Of a DNA stretch of 64,000 nucleotides, positions 1-13,014 are shown piece by piece (position 1 is the first letter of the stretch; every line of letters begins with the position of its first letter). The stretch lies in assembly GCA_030324005.1 (NCBI GenBank), contig JARDVH010000110.1, positions 27,174,178-27,238,177 of the forward strand. Reading direction: 5' to 3'. Source of the DNA: Negaprion brevirostris (lineage: Eukaryota). The notes under the pieces are model-generated. The model was not told the origin of the DNA and ran no database searches. It saw only the letters and a list, made by a program, of their open reading frames with translations. A program made the position numbers and the translations under genes.

Positions 1-159
1 GCCTGCCTTTTTCCTCTGTGTGCTGGCCGATCACCCAATCATAGCTTTCCTTTCTCTTCCCTCCTCCTGCCGATGCTCAGTGATCATCCAATCGCAGTTT
101 CCCGCTTCTTGGTGCCAATCGAATTCACTCATTCAGAAAGCTCACCTAAGGTTATAGAT

Positions 160-435
160 TATCACAAGTACGTTTATGTTAACACTGCAATGAAGTGACT
201 GTGAAAATCCCCTAATCGCCACACTCCGGTGCCTGCTCAGCTACACTGAGGGAGAATTTAGCATGGCCAATGCATTTAACCAGCCCATCTTACGGACTGT
301 GGAAGGAAACTGGAGCACCTGGAGGAAAACCCATGCAGACACTAGGAGAATGTGCAGACTCCACACAAACAGAGACCTAAGCCAGGAATCAAACCCTGTC
401 ACTGTGCTAATCATTCCGCTACCTTGCCGCACCCC
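160..435 (-). mobile_element. V-SINE (HE1-like body), tail type B
   Basis: Reverse complement gives the V-domain (GTGTGGAGTCTGCACATTCTCC...GGTTTTCCTCCAGGTGCTCCAGTTTCC) and the tail GGGGATTTTCACAGTCACTTCATTGCAGTG. Confidence 0.85.
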
Positions 436-1049
436 TCTTGGGTGACCCTGCAGTGATGCAGATGTTGAAGCCCTGTGAGAGGTGCGAGAGTTGGCAAATC
501 TGATGAGCAGCATGGAGGGAACACGGTGTCACACAACAGTGGCAGACTAATAGACTAATACCAGAGTGAGGACAGGCTACGGAAAGCAACTACCCATGAA
601 TTTGACCTTTTATAGCAACTGTTTGGTGGTGCAATTGACTGCACCATTTTACTGCAGTCATGTTTCAAATGTTAATTGTTGGGGTGGGCACAAGGGGAGA
701 AGTTTGCCTAGGGTGCCTGATTACTCTTGCACCGGCCCTGCTTGCCTCTCACAATGTTGCACTCCCTACTCAGGCATGCAGCTACTCCACAGCACAGTTG
801 GTGTTGACTGCAATCATTTAAATTATCAGGCAGCATGGGGTTAGCATGCTGCATGCAGCAGAGGAAGTGAACTTGGATGTAAACTTACATCCTGGATCCA
901 GCATCCATTTCTGCATCTTGTCTAATTTTGCCCAACAATTGTTGATGGCACATCTGTAAATAGCTGCACAGTTAATAATGTACGCCTGCAACTTAAGTAG
1001 GCACCTCATCATTGTCAGCCCGAATTCATTTAATTGGTAATATTTAATA

Positions 1050-1360
1050 GTGACAACTTTTATTTCACTTTTAACATAATGAAACATCCCAAGTCACCTC
1101 ACAGGAACACTATAAAACATAGAAACTAGAAGCAGGCCCTTCGAGCCTGCTCCGCCATTCATCTTGATTGTGGCTGATCACTGAATTCAACAATCTGATC
1201 CTATAGAAACACAGAAACAAAGCATGTTACAAATGCATAGAACGTGATATTAGGTCAAGAGACCAAAAGTTTGGTCAAAGAGGTAAGTTTTAAAGAGTGT
1301 CTTAAAAAGGAGAGGTGAGGGGGGAAGGGAGTGTAAGGAGTGTATTCCAGGGCCTAACTT
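1050..1360 (-). mobile_element. L2-like LINE 3' fragment with a short CR1-tail insertion (~1117-1200)
   Basis: ACATCCCAAGTCACCTCACAGG...TGGTCAAAGAGGTAAGTTTTAAAGAGTGTCTTAAA pattern. Appears to resume at ~2065-2110 and ~2280-2390. Confidence 0.55.
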
Positions 1361-2129
1361 CTTCAAAAGATAGGGGTCTTGTTTCTTGCCACCCAGCAGG
1401 GAACACATCCCACCAACTCTGACAGTACCGCAGCCAGTTTACACTCCAGTGAATGTTAATTAGCTGCACCCNNNNNNNNNNNNNNNNNNNNNNNNNNNNN
1501 NNNNNNNNNNNNNNNNNNNNNNNNNNNNNNNNNNNNNNNNNNNNNNNNNNNNNNNNNNNNNNNNNNNNNNNNNNNNNNNNNNNNNNNNNNNNNNNNNNNN
1601 NNNNNNNNNNNNNNNNNNNNNNNNNNNNNNNNNNNNNNNNNNNNNNNNNNNNNNNNNNATTGGGTTCCCAGGAAGAGGCTGGGTGAGTGGCAGTGGACAA
1701 TGCTTTGGTGCAAGTCCTGAGATCATTGGTCCTAAATGGGGAAGGAAGTCACAGGACTTCAGAAGCTGGGTTTTCTATGGATGTGCTCCCCACTGTCCTC
1801 CCTTCCTGTCTGAAATGTAAATTAGTTGTATTTACAGCTTCCCCTCCAGAGATTCAATCTTCCCGCCAACCTAAAATTAATTGGCCACTTGAGGTCCTCA
1901 ATTAGGGGGCAAGGGTTGGCTTCTTGTCCAAAGCCTTGCTGCCCCAATGTAAAATCACCATGTGATCAGGGTGTGGACCCGGGGGAATTGCATCCCTTCC
2001 ATTTCACATACCCTCCGCCTAAAAATTCACTGGTGGGGGAGCATAAAATTCTGGTTCAGAGCTCGGAGCCTAGGCAACTGAAGGCATAACCACCAATGGT
2101 GGAATAATTATAATTAAAAATATGCAAAA

Positions 2130-2256
2130 GGCCAGAGCAACCTTCTTAAATGTCAACCCACGGAAACCAACTGGCCCGGATGGGGTACCCGTAGGAGCAC
2201 TGAGATCCTGTGCAGACCAACTGGCAGGGGTGTTCATAGACATCTTCAACCTCATT
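2130..2256 (+). mobile_element. Rex1/Babar-type LINE RT fragment
   Basis: Translates as FLNVNPRKPTGPDGVPVGALRSCADQLAGVFIDIFNL, the start of a non-LTR RT domain. Confidence 0.75.
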
Positions 2257-2390
2257 TTACAGAATTACATGACCATAGATAACTCAAGAGGGTTGTGAAG
2301 CTTGAGGAGATAAGGGGGGGTAAGGCAATGGGGGATTTGAAGAAAAGGATGAGGATTTTAAAGTCAGGACATTGCCCGACTAATGTAAGT

Positions 2391-2697
2391 CATAGATCTT
2401 AGAAACCCTACAGTGCAGAAAAAGGCCAGTTGGCCCATCAAGTCTGCACTGACAACAATCCCACCCAAGCCCTATCCCCATATATTTACCTGCTAATCCC
2501 TCTAAGCTAGGCATCCCAGGGCACTAAGGGGCAATTTAACATGGCCAATCAATGTAACCTGCACACCTTTGGACTGTGGGAGAAAACTAGAGCACCCAGA
2601 GGGAACCCATACAGACACAGGGAGAATGTGCAAACTCCACACAGACAGTGACTCAAGCCAGGAATTGAACCCAGGTCCCTGGAGCTGTGAAGCAGCA
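2391..2697 (-). mobile_element. HE1-like V-SINE, tail type A (CR1/HER1-like)
   Basis: Same tRNA-derived head and V-domain as the 34560 copy; tail ...GATGGGCCAACTGGCCTTTTTCTGCACTGTAGGG. The 5' end runs into a gap. Confidence 0.88.
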
Positions 2698-3039
2698 NNN
2701 NNNNNNNNNNNNNNNNNNNNNNNNNNNNNNNNNNNNNNNNNNNNNNNNNNNNNNNNNNNNNNNNNNNNNNNNNNNNNNNNNNNNNNNNNNNNNNNNNTGC
2801 TAATTTCTACCAATACAACAGGGACAACATTTTGAAAGGACTTCATTGGCTGTAAAATGCTTTGTGACATTGTGAAGTCATGAAAGGTGCTTTATAATAC
2901 AAGATTGTACATCCATTTCATTTTTCTTAGCAGATATTGATCCAACTCTCTTGATGAGCTCAAATAACTACTCTCTCCAGGAATTTATTTCATTTAGACT
3001 TCCCTGAAAAACTCCTATCACAGAAACCATTGCTACTTC

Positions 3040-3415
3040 CTTTATTTTTTCATGGGATATGGGCCTCACTGGCAGGACCAGAATTTGTTCCCCATCCCTA
3101 ATTGCCCTTGAACTGAGTGTCCATTTCAGAGGACAGTTAAGAACCAATCACATTGCTGTGGATCTGGAATTACATGTAGAGTAGACCAGACCGGGTTTCC
3201 TCCCCTGAAGGTCATGAGTGAAGTAGATGGGTTCTTACAACAATCAATGCCAGTTCCCAGGTGCCATCATTGAGACTTGCTTCCAATTCCAGATTTTTAA
3301 ACTAATTAATTGAATTCAAATTCCAGCAGCTACTCTGATGGGAATAAAAACTAGCGTGTTATCCTGAACAGCAGGATTACTAACCCAGTGACATTACCAC
3401 AATGCCACTGTCTCC
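3040..3415 (-). mobile_element. tRNA-derived SINE, family C (tail GGGCAATTAGGGATGGG...)
   Basis: Homologous to copies at 9385, 34100 and 35250; tRNA-like head GGCATTGTGGTAATGTCACTGG. Confidence 0.75.
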
Positions 3416-4751
3416 TCTGCAGGCAGTAAGAAATGAGGGAGGCTATGGAGTAGAAGATGTGACATTCAGTATTCCTGTGTAAATTCATGGGCTGGAATGC
3501 TCTTGTATTATATTGGATGTGTCACAGCAGTTGGGCGTGAAGTGATAATTAAGTATGTATCATGTAGCAGAAACTGATATCAGCACTGAATACTGTTGGT
3601 GAGCACCAGTGAGCAATCAATTCGAAATTTACTTGAAGGCCGTTTCATTTTGTTCGGGCAGGCAAATTCATAGGCTTGTGAGAATTGAATCATTTATAGG
3701 TAGGCAATAAAGCCTTCCTCCTGCCCACACTTATTAATCAGAATACTGAGCTGGCATAAACTATTTATTTTTAGATGTAAACTTGAAGCAATGTCATTTA
3801 AAATAAACAAAAATTGGGCTGTAATAGATTAGATAAGTACAAATTCTTGCAAGAACAAAAGAGATGAAAGAGAAGGCATTCAATAATTGACCGGGCAAGT
3901 ATCATGAGTCACGTTTGAGTGCCTGAAGCTTCCATTAGTAATAGATAATTTCAGTACTACGTATCAGTTAGCTAATTTGCTACATTCCATGTCCACCAAA
4001 ATGTTTCAGCCAGCAACTGACACTGGAATCCACAGAGATTGCCGTGTTGAATGTTTTCGATTCCGTTTGCTTTGTGTGTTTACTATTAAACTTTACTGCC
4101 CAGCTTACATCTGGCCCAGAGGACCAAGTCATCAATTTTGATGTACTTGGTTTTTAAAAGCTTCATGTTGGACTCGCTTTCCATAAACCAAAGTGATGTT
4201 TTTCCTTTTCACACCAAAGTATGACGATTCACTGACAGGCGATTCACTCAATCTGACACCAAATGCTTCAGCTGGCAGCAGTGTTGTATGTCACATGGTG
4301 TCAAATTTTTGTAAGACAGTCATTCCTTGTGAAGCACCTATGTTAAAGGACAAATGAATGCAAGTTGCTGCATTAAATTCGTTTAAAACCTGGGATATTG
4401 TACATTGATGCAATCCAAATTAGTATCAGCAGTCATAGGGCAACCCTTGTGAGCTCGCTCCCCATTTATCTCCCTCCCTGATGCCAGTTGAAAGTAGGGC
4501 CAGACATTGTGAGTCCCACTGCCAAACACGAGAGAATCTGGATTTCACATTTTTAGCTTGAACAGGAGGTTGAACTGCAACTCATAAGGCAAATTATTTA
4601 CAATCTCCAGTGCCTGCTCAATTATAGTCAATAATTTTCTTATTGTCCCTGCGTCCATTGCTTTCTTTTGGGTTCCACTGGTCTGCACTGGCTTCTCCTT
4701 ACATTCACATTTATACTCTCACAGCCTATGTTTCATTTTATAAGAGCATTG

Positions 4752-4970
4752 TGTCATAGGATCCCTACAGTGCAGAAGGAGGCCATTCAGCCCATCAAAC
4801 CTGCGTCAAACACAGTCCCAATCCTGGGCTCTATCCCCACAACCCTATGCATTTACCTTAGCTAGTCCCCCGACACTAAGGGGCAATTTAGCATAGCCAA
4901 TTCACCTAACCCACACATCTTTGGACTGTGGGAGGAAACTGGAGCACCCAGAGGAAACCCACACAAACAT
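4752..4970 (-). mobile_element. HE1-like V-SINE, tail A, 5'-truncated
   Basis: CCCTACAGTGCAGAAGGAGGCCATTCAGCCCATC...GGACTGTGGGAGGAAACTGGAGCACCC. Confidence 0.85.
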
Positions 4971-4974
4971 GAGA

Positions 4975-5850
4975 TTTGTTGGAGAATGTAGGAGATTAGC
5001 CAGGAGTGCGCTGGAATGGCTGCGGGTAGAGGTAACAAAGGCATGAATGAGAGTCTCAGCAACAGCTGAACTGAGACAGGCAGAGTGAGGTGGAAATAGG
5101 CAATCTTAGTGATGGCACAAAAATGAAATTGGAAACTCATCACAGGATTAAGTGTGACACCAGGATTCTGAATAGACTGTAATGTCAGACAGTTACCAGG
5201 GAGAGCTTTCCAGTTCAGTAACAATGGAATGAAGTTTGAAGGGGGGAATGTAAACAATGGCTTCAGTCTTCCCATTTATTTGGAAAAAAAAATTCCGTTC
5301 ATTCAGTATTGGATTTTAGATAAGGAGTCTGATAATTTGGCAACAGTGGAGGAATCGAGCGAGTGCTGTAGAGCTAGGTGTTGTCAATGTGTGAGTGAAA
5401 ACCATCACTGTACCTTAGATGATGATTCCAAGAGACAGCATGTAGGTGAGACAAAGGTGAGAGCCAAGCATGGATCTTTGTGGGACACCAGATGCCACAT
5501 CATGGGAACAGGAAGAGGAGCCATTGCAAATGATTCTCTGACAACAATTACATACAGAACAATGGAGCCACAAGACAGCAGTCCCATCCCAGCTGCATGA
5601 TTGCGGAGAAGCATTAAAGGAGCATGGCATGGTCACCAATGTGATTGGTTACATACATAACATGAAGGAGAGTTTACCTTAGTCACAGTCGCATAAGGAT
5701 GCAAATTTGTAACTTTCATGAGTGCTGTGTGTCAGGGGTGGAAGCCTGATTAGAGAGATTCATACATGCAGCTCCAGGAAAGATGGAAATGGACTTTGGA
5801 GGCAACAACATATTCAGGGTCTTTGGACAGGAAAGGGAGGTTGTAGATGG
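4975..5850 (-). mobile_element. Decayed L2-like LINE ORF2 fragment
   Basis: The minus ORF 4862-5275 has NPGVTLNPVMSF..H..AITKIAYFHL, resembling the L2 RT C-terminal region. Many disruptions. Confidence 0.65.
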
Positions 5851-5994
5851 AAATAACTATAAAATTTGATAAGTTAGATTTCAATAATAAGTAAAACAAT
5901 AACGAAAGGGAAATTGCAAATGTTCATTCTGGTTCAAACTGGGATTGATGTTTATTTGTATTCACCTCAGTACTGATACACTGGAGCTTTTTTT

Positions 5995-6425
5995 TCCTGG
6001 TGGGCAGTGCAGAAATGCCTAGTGGGCAGTGCCAGGTTGCCTAGCTAGCACTGCCAGGATGGCACTGACCAGGGGACAACCTCCCTTGCCCCTGACATTC
6101 CAGCAGGCCTCAATGGCTTCTGCCCCTACCAGCAGGGTCAGGACACCTGTTCCCCATTAGCAAGGAGCAGTCGTACACCTCACTGAAAGGAACCAGTATG
6201 AGCAGGGGTGGCGGAGACGCTAGCGGACCCAGAGAATACCGTGATGGGCCCACTAATCAAATGGAAGTACGGATTTCCATATGATTATCAGCTCCGCGCC
6301 AATTTCCGGCGCAAAACCAATTGCACTAAAAGCGTTTGGAAGATTCACGCCCAGTCACGAACCTCATTAAAGATCCCGCACTGGTATCTCCCGGCCCAAC
6401 ACAACAGGCCAGAACAATCCTAGCC
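5995..6425. mobile_element. Non-autonomous DNA transposon remnant (Harbinger-like ends)
   Basis: GC-rich block with GGCAGTGCC repeats, ending in GGAAGATTCACGCCC and AATCCTAGCCC termini like the MITE TIRs elsewhere in the window. Confidence 0.45.
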
Positions 6426-6479
6426 CACTTGTTTGCAACATGTAAGCTTCTTGCCCAGCAGCAGGAGGTTGGTGGAGAT

Positions 6480-6760
6480 GTTTAATTCAGAGATAAGTTA
6501 AGAATCGACCATGTTCTTTGGGAATAGGGTTACGTATAGGTTAGAGTAGGTAAGTACTGTAAGTCTTCTTCTCTGAATAACATTAGTGAACCAGTTGGCC
6601 TCTTACAACAATCCAAAGGCTGATTTCTCCTAAATCAAAAAAAAAATGCTGAATTCACACTCTCATACTGTTAGTGTGGGATTTGGAACTATGTTCCACT
6701 GGATTATTAGTCCAAAATTCTGGATTGTTAGTCAGTAACGTAACTTTTACACTACTGTAC
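6480..6760 (-). mobile_element. Diverged family C SINE
   Basis: ACATTAGTGAACCAG...TTACAACAATC...GTGGGATTTGGAAC...TGGATTATTAGTCC segments. Confidence 0.55.
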
Positions 6761-7658
6761 TCCTTTTGTAGCATTCATGCCATGACTTGAGTGAGACAAC
6801 TACCTCAGCATAGCCTGGGATTTTCTTGGTCTATATGGCCCAGGGGCTATTCACTAAAAGCCATCAGAGGAGTTGCTCAATTTTTTAATATCAATTTTTA
6901 ATTGTGCTTTGAAACAACAGACAATTTTTTTAAGAATTGTTATTTCTTACCTACCATAGGACCAGACACTAAAACTTGTACCAAGTTTAAAGAACTGTTT
7001 TCTTAGCTACTGAAAATCCCATAAAAACAGTTGGGTTTAATAATCCAAGCCATGTGTTTTATTTGATCTGCCAACAGGACCAAAGCAAAAAAGGCATCAA
7101 AAAAGAAAAAAACCTTTCTTCATGAATAATACACATAAAGCAAAGCACCTTTGTTGAAGAATAATGCAAGACCCCATCCCAGAGTGAATTTTGATTCTGG
7201 CTAAACCAATACAGGCAAAATAATAATACCTGACCAATTCAATCACAATTCAATTAATATCTGAAGAGTTCAAGCATATTCAAGAGAAAACAAATGAGAA
7301 AGACTGAGGCAAAAATGGCAGTGCTTATACAATGGACTGGGATTCACTTCTGAGGAATCCTTATATAATTAAAAGTAACATGATTTAATAAATAGTGTGC
7401 CATTAATTGGGAAAATCAGGTGGGCCAACTAATAAATAAAGTTGATATAATTTAAAAATAATTACCCATGGGATTTTATTTTTGCCTTGAAATCAATGAA
7501 CTCTATCAAGAAATCCTAAGCTAACCATGGGTAAGGAAGGCCATTCAGCCCATCTTAGGTCATCCATTTAGTTGGGCCCTTGTACTGTTTGGTTGATTTT
7601 CAAATGATTGCAGGGTTTCTGCTTGTGTTACAACATTCATAGGCTATTTCTCTTTCAG

Positions 7659-7790
7659 GGCTGGAATTCTCCAACCATTCACACCAATGGGATTCTCTGG
7701 TCCCGCTGTGGTGAATAGAGATTTGGCTGAGTGCCAAATTCTCCATCCTTGCCGTCGCAGCAGGGCATAAACGGCCGGAGAATTCCAACC
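7659..7790. mobile_element. MITE, PIF/Harbinger-type
   Basis: TIRs GGCTGGAATTCTCC / GGAGAATTCCAACC, flanked by a 3-bp CAG duplication (7656-58, 7791-93). Confidence 0.8.
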
Positions 7791-7939
7791 CAGGTGCTCC
7801 TCTCATTTTGTACGATGACCTTCCTAATATCAGTTTGAAATTTAACTTTCACTAATTTGAACCTGTAACCTCCTGCCCAACCCTCACAAATTAATTTGGA
7901 TGCTAACCTTGACTTGATGGAACACTCATGCCTCAAAGT

Positions 7940-8328
7940 TTAAAGGTCATAAGTTTAAGCATCACTCCAGAGATTTGAGCACATAATCTAGACTGACACT
8001 TCAATGCAGACATTTGGACATATTGCTGCCTTTCTGATGAGACTTTCAAGTGAAGCTCATCTGTCCATTTAGGTTGATGTATCTGAAAATGAGCAGGGAC
8101 ATTCTCTTGTAGCCTCAACCATCGCTTATCCATCAACCAATATCATTAGAATTAGATTATGTTATAATTTATGTCATTGCTGCTTGTGGGATCTTGCTAT
8201 GGACAGATTGACTGCCACAATTCCCTACATTACACAATGATTATACTTCAAAAGTACATCATGTTGTGAGATTGTTTGTGGTTACAAAGATCATGAAAAG
8301 TACTTTATAAATGTAAGCTCTTTATTGT
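7940..8328 (+). mobile_element. Deu-domain SINE (SacSINE1/AmnSINE1-like), diverged
   Basis: CTTTCTGATGAGAC...CATTGCTGCTTGTGGGATCTTGCT...CCTACATTACA...ACTTCAAAAGTAC...TATAAATGTAAG. Confidence 0.75.
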
Positions 8329-8344
8329 TTGAAGAAACTTTACG

Positions 8345-8570
8345 GAAAGAACACCACTACGTACAAGTTTCCCTCTAAGTCATTCTGACCTGGAACTAGA
8401 TTGGTGTTCCTTCATCATTGCTGGGTCAAGTCCCAGAACTCCCTTTTACAGCACTGTGGGTGTACCTACACCACATGGTCTGCAGCATTTCAAAAAGGTG
8501 GCTCGCCATCATCTTTTAAAGGGGATGGGCAAGAAATGTCTGCCTGCAATGTCTACCACATGTGAAAGCA
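8345..8570 (+). mobile_element. 3' fragment of the CR1-group LINE also seen at 30320
   Basis: TTCCTTCATCATTGCTGGGTCAAG...TACACCACATGGTCTGCAGC...GGATGGGCAA, homologous to 30680-30900. Confidence 0.7.
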
Positions 8571-8734
8571 TATATGTTTAAAAAATCAAACTTTATGGGG
8601 GTAGGTGGCTAGTTAGACATCTAGCATATGGTTCAAAATAACATCCATAGCATAGGGATCAATTCCCATTCCAGCTGGGATGTGATGTCTGCCTCCTCAC
8701 CCTGTTCAGAGTTACAGAAGGATCGTGGTGTCCT

Positions 8735-9360
8735 GGCACATGAATCATATAAAGGCTGATATGCAGGTACAGCAAGTAATTAGGAAAGCTAATAGAATGT
8801 TATAATTTATTGCAAGGGGAATTGAATACAAATTATGGATGTCATGCTTCTGGGCACTGGTGAGAGCACATTTAGCATATTTTGTACAGTATTAGTCACC
8901 TTATTTAAGGAAGGATTCAAATGCATCGGGAGCAGTTCAGAGAAGGTTTACCAGACTAATTCCAGGAATGGGTGGGTTGTCTTCTGAGGAAGAGCTGAAC
9001 ATTTAAGCATGTATTTGTTGGAGTTTAGAAGAGGAAGAGGGGAATTGATTGAAACATGAAAGATCTTAAGGGATCTTGACTAGGCTAGATGTGGAGAGAT
9101 GTTTCCTCTTGTGTCACCCATTTAAAACAAAGGTGAGATAGTTTTATTTTCTCTGAGGGTTATGAGTTTATGCAACTCGCTTCCTGAAAAGGTGGTGGAA
9201 GCAGAGTCTTTGAACATTTTAAAATCAGAAGTGGATAGATTGTTGGTAAGCAAGGAGGTTACTGGGAGTAGGAGGGATGCAGATTTGAGGTTACAATCAG
9301 ATTAGCCATGATATTAATAAATGGCAGAGCCAGCACAAGGTGCTGAATGGCCTGTTTGTA
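8735..9360 (+). mobile_element. CR1 LINE 3' fragment
   Basis: Decayed ORF2 C-terminus (GAVQRRFTRLIPGMGGLS.EE.L) and tail GCTGAATGGCCT. Confidence 0.85.
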
Positions 9361-9384
9361 TATTTGTCCCATAGTAACATTTTT

Positions 9385-9745
9385 TTTTAATTCATTCATG
9401 GGAAATGGGTGTTGCTGGCTGGCCAGCACTTACTGTCCATCCCTAATTGCCCTTGGGGGGCAGTTGAGTATCAATCACATTGCTGTGGCTCTGGGATCAC
9501 ATACAGGCCAGACCAGTGAAGAATGGCAGATTTCCTTCCTTAAAGAATGTTAGTGAACCAGGCGGGTTTTTCCCAACAATCAGTAATGGTTTCACAGACA
9601 TCAATAGATTCGTAATTTCAGATATTTTCTATTGATTTCACATTCCATTGCCTACCATGGCAGGATTTGAACCTAGGTTCCAGAACATTAGTTGAGTTTC
9701 TGGATTAATAGTTTGTCAATAATACCATTCGTCTGTTGCCTCCCC
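9385..9745 (-). mobile_element. Family C SINE, near full-length
   Basis: Close match to 35250-35610. Confidence 0.85.
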
Positions 9746-12469
9746 AGGACATCATGGCATGGGCAATGGATTCAGTGGCCTTTGATTAATCAAGGATATG
9801 ACTTGCAGAAGAACTTTATAGATTTACCTTTTCCATATTATTTACTATCTTCCATTCCTCCATCAGATCATCCTGCAGGTTCCTCTTTTCAGAAGTTCCC
9901 TTTTATTGTGCTCTGAGTTATACGTTATAAGTTATGAGCGTACTCACCATTGTCTCCGGTACCAACACGTTGCACTTGTGTCTCAGTGGCCAAAACTAAT
10001 CATTTCCACAAGCTGTGGTCTGCCGGGAGCACTGTACAGTTTGCTACCAACACACGCAACTTACATTCTATTGTTTTGACTATATGGCTCAACATTGCAT
10101 GTGCTTAATACATTGGTATTCTGCATTGGTCGTGCATGTTCAGAATCAAGTCTACTAACACTCTGTGGTTTCTTTCTACTTCATCTTTAGATAATTCAAC
10201 ATCATTCATGAGTTGTCCACATATTATTCCTGATTTATAGTACCTTACACTGTTCTGCATTAAATTCCATCTGGTATTTTTCTGACCGCTTCCCAGATAT
10301 ATCTTTTCCAGATCATTTTATAATTTCTGACCTGCCTCCTTCAATTTCCCTGGCATTTCTAGTTTCATGTTACATTGATCACAACAGTCAAATTGTTCTA
10401 CTCATTTAAAATTCTCCAGCGTCTCATGTGGACGATAAAAAAAAACATTTTAAGAAGTATTCAAAATGAGACTCAATAATCGCTACTAATGGATTTTACT
10501 CATGAATTATATTGATTTCAAATATTTCAAGGCCACCATAACAAAGACCATGTTTACTTATAGTACAACCTGTGTTTTGTGGTTCTAAAATTGAGAAGTA
10601 ACATAGAGCTGAAAAATAATACAACTAAAGTCATGTGATTGCCTGTTTCCATCGTGACATCATCAGCTTCCATTTCTCCAAACTGCTTTGAAACACTTTG
10701 CCACAGCGTTGCTACTTGACGTTCAATTATCATAACATCCTGAATTCCAACTTTCCAGTTCCACGGTTCACAAATTGCAGCCCATCCAAGTCTCCTCTGC
10801 CTGTATTTTATCCTGCTCTAAGTTCTATTCGCCAATTACCCATAACCTCAATAACTTCCTTCTTCCTCAGTGCATCAACTTTAAAGACATTTTGTCCTGA
10901 TCCGGACCCATTCTTTGACCTTCCCCTTCCCAGCTCTGTAATCCCCTTCAGTTATGTGTTCTCATGTGTGTCCTTGCATCACACAACTCTGACACTTGTT
11001 GGACCAACACCATCAGCTCCAAACTCTCCCTAACCCTCTCTGACCTTGGGATTTCTGCCCCCTCCTTCAGAAACTTGTCACAACTTACTCCCTTGATCAT
11101 GCTTTCTGGCAACTACCCTAATCCTTCTACCTCAGACCTGCTCACTGTTCAGTGATTTTCACTGCTCTGAAGTGCTTTTGGACACTTATGTTAAATACGA
11201 TGTTAAATAAAATATGTCAGGACCCTAAATAGAAAAATAAATAATACTGCACAGCCAGTGTACCAGGATCATAAACCAAATAATCACATGGTACAACGTT
11301 GAATTAAACATATAATGACACAGGCTATTTTACATTGAAGCAATATTGAAAACCAAACCCCCTTCAAATTTTAGTCACCAACTTTAAGATTACTTTAAAA
11401 TAATTTAAGCAGTACTTTTGCTCCTTTTCTCTCTCACCCCTGTCCACTCCTTACTCTCTTCTCCTCTGTTTTTTTTAAATTAATTTAGTCATGCTTCAAT
11501 TTTTTTCACATGTAATCTAACCTCTTAAATTATGTTCTTTTAATGTTCAGAACTAATCCATAAATACTTTCCTTGCTTATTTTTTGTTCCCTGGGCTCCC
11601 AAACACTCATTTCTGAACTGGAAACAACTTCCAAAAGTATTGGTCTTTTTTAAAAGCCAACTTGGAAGGGAAATATTCAAAGATAACTTACTATATTACG
11701 GACTTCCAGCAGGTCAAAGTTCGTAGGTAAAAAGCATGATAGTGCTGTTGATGAGTAACCTGTCCACAACCTTCACGACCTGGTCACACTCTTTCCACAG
11801 CATAATAAGGTTTTAAAGAAGACAGCATAACAGTATGCAACATTCATGCATGTATGGACATTTTAAAAATTAAAAACAAGACTTTTTAAGTTACACAAAA
11901 TGGTCATGTAAAACTAGCACAACACAGAATGCGAAATGAATATGTAAAGATTAGGAGCAACATGAAAGATAACCATCATCCCCCAACCATATCACTGCCC
12001 CACCCCCCCACTCTGCCATCTGACAGCTCTTAAAACTGTCCAGACTGAGTGGGGCATATTTTAAAGATAGAGTCAGATTTGAATGCAAAATGTGTCCAAT
12101 AAAAAAATCCAGTTAAATACTAAACAAGAATAAGAGCTAAAACCAAATAATCCAATTGTTTAAAGATGCCATGTTGTCTGGTAAAAGTATGCTGCATGAC
12201 AATTTATCAGAACTGTAAACAAAGGGCTCCACAATGAAACAATTGGTAATGCAATAGCATCAGAGCTCCAGCATATAATCAACAGCTGTATCTTTTTAAA
12301 ATCTAGTTCCACACCAATTAGCAAAAAGTCCAATCTGCTGCATAAATTTACCACAGTAATCAACATGACAAATACTTAGTGGGTATTTGAAGCCAGCTCC
12401 TTTAGTTGCTCCAGGAACCAGGCTANNNNNNNNNNNNNNNNNNNNAAAGGAATGCCCAGGCTTATTGGT

Positions 12470-13000
12470 TTCATTCAATTAGTGGCACTCTTGTTTCTGC
12501 GTCAATTCAAACCCACATGACAACACAGCCTAACCTGACATTCCATTGTGGCACTGAGAGTACGTTTGAGGTGCTACTCTTTGGGTGAGATGTAAAACTG
12601 CTTGTTCTAAGACTTCAGGTGGTCATAGTTCACATAAGTGCAGGGAAAGTTCCTAACGACCTGGCCAACATTTGTTCTTCAACCAACACCACCAGAAATA
12701 AATGAACTAGCCCAAAACAAAACACTTGGAGACACTGGAAATTTGAATTAAAAACAGAACCTGTTGAAAATGTGCAAAAGGTTTGGCAGCATCTCTGGAG
12801 AGAGAAACAAAATTAATGTGATTTTTCATCAAAATCTGAAACTCTTCCCAAAGGTGTCGCCTAACCTGTTGAGTATTTCCAGCATTGTTTGTTTAAATTA
12901 ACTAGTCATTTGTTTCACTGCTATCTCTGAAATCCTCTTGCACGGAAAATGACTTCCACATTTCCAAGCATAATTTGTAGTATTTCAAAATGCTTCACAT
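12470..13000 (+). mobile_element. Deu-domain SINE interrupted by a hairpin insert (12711-12894)
   Basis: TGAGATGTAAAAC...TCAGGTGG...CCTGGCCAACATTT...TCAACCAACACCACC, resuming after 12905 with TCATTTGTTTCACTGCT. Confidence 0.6.
12711..12894. mobile_element. Short Penelope-like inverted-repeat insert
   Basis: Imperfect fold-back (AAACAGAACCTGTTGAAAAT...GGTTTGGCAGCATC / GGTGTCGCCTAACCTGTTGAGTATTTCCAGCATTGTTTGTTT). Flanked by AAATGAACTAG and AAATTAACTAG. Similar to 37025-37150. Confidence 0.6.
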
Positions 13001-13014
13001 GCAAATAAGTTTTT

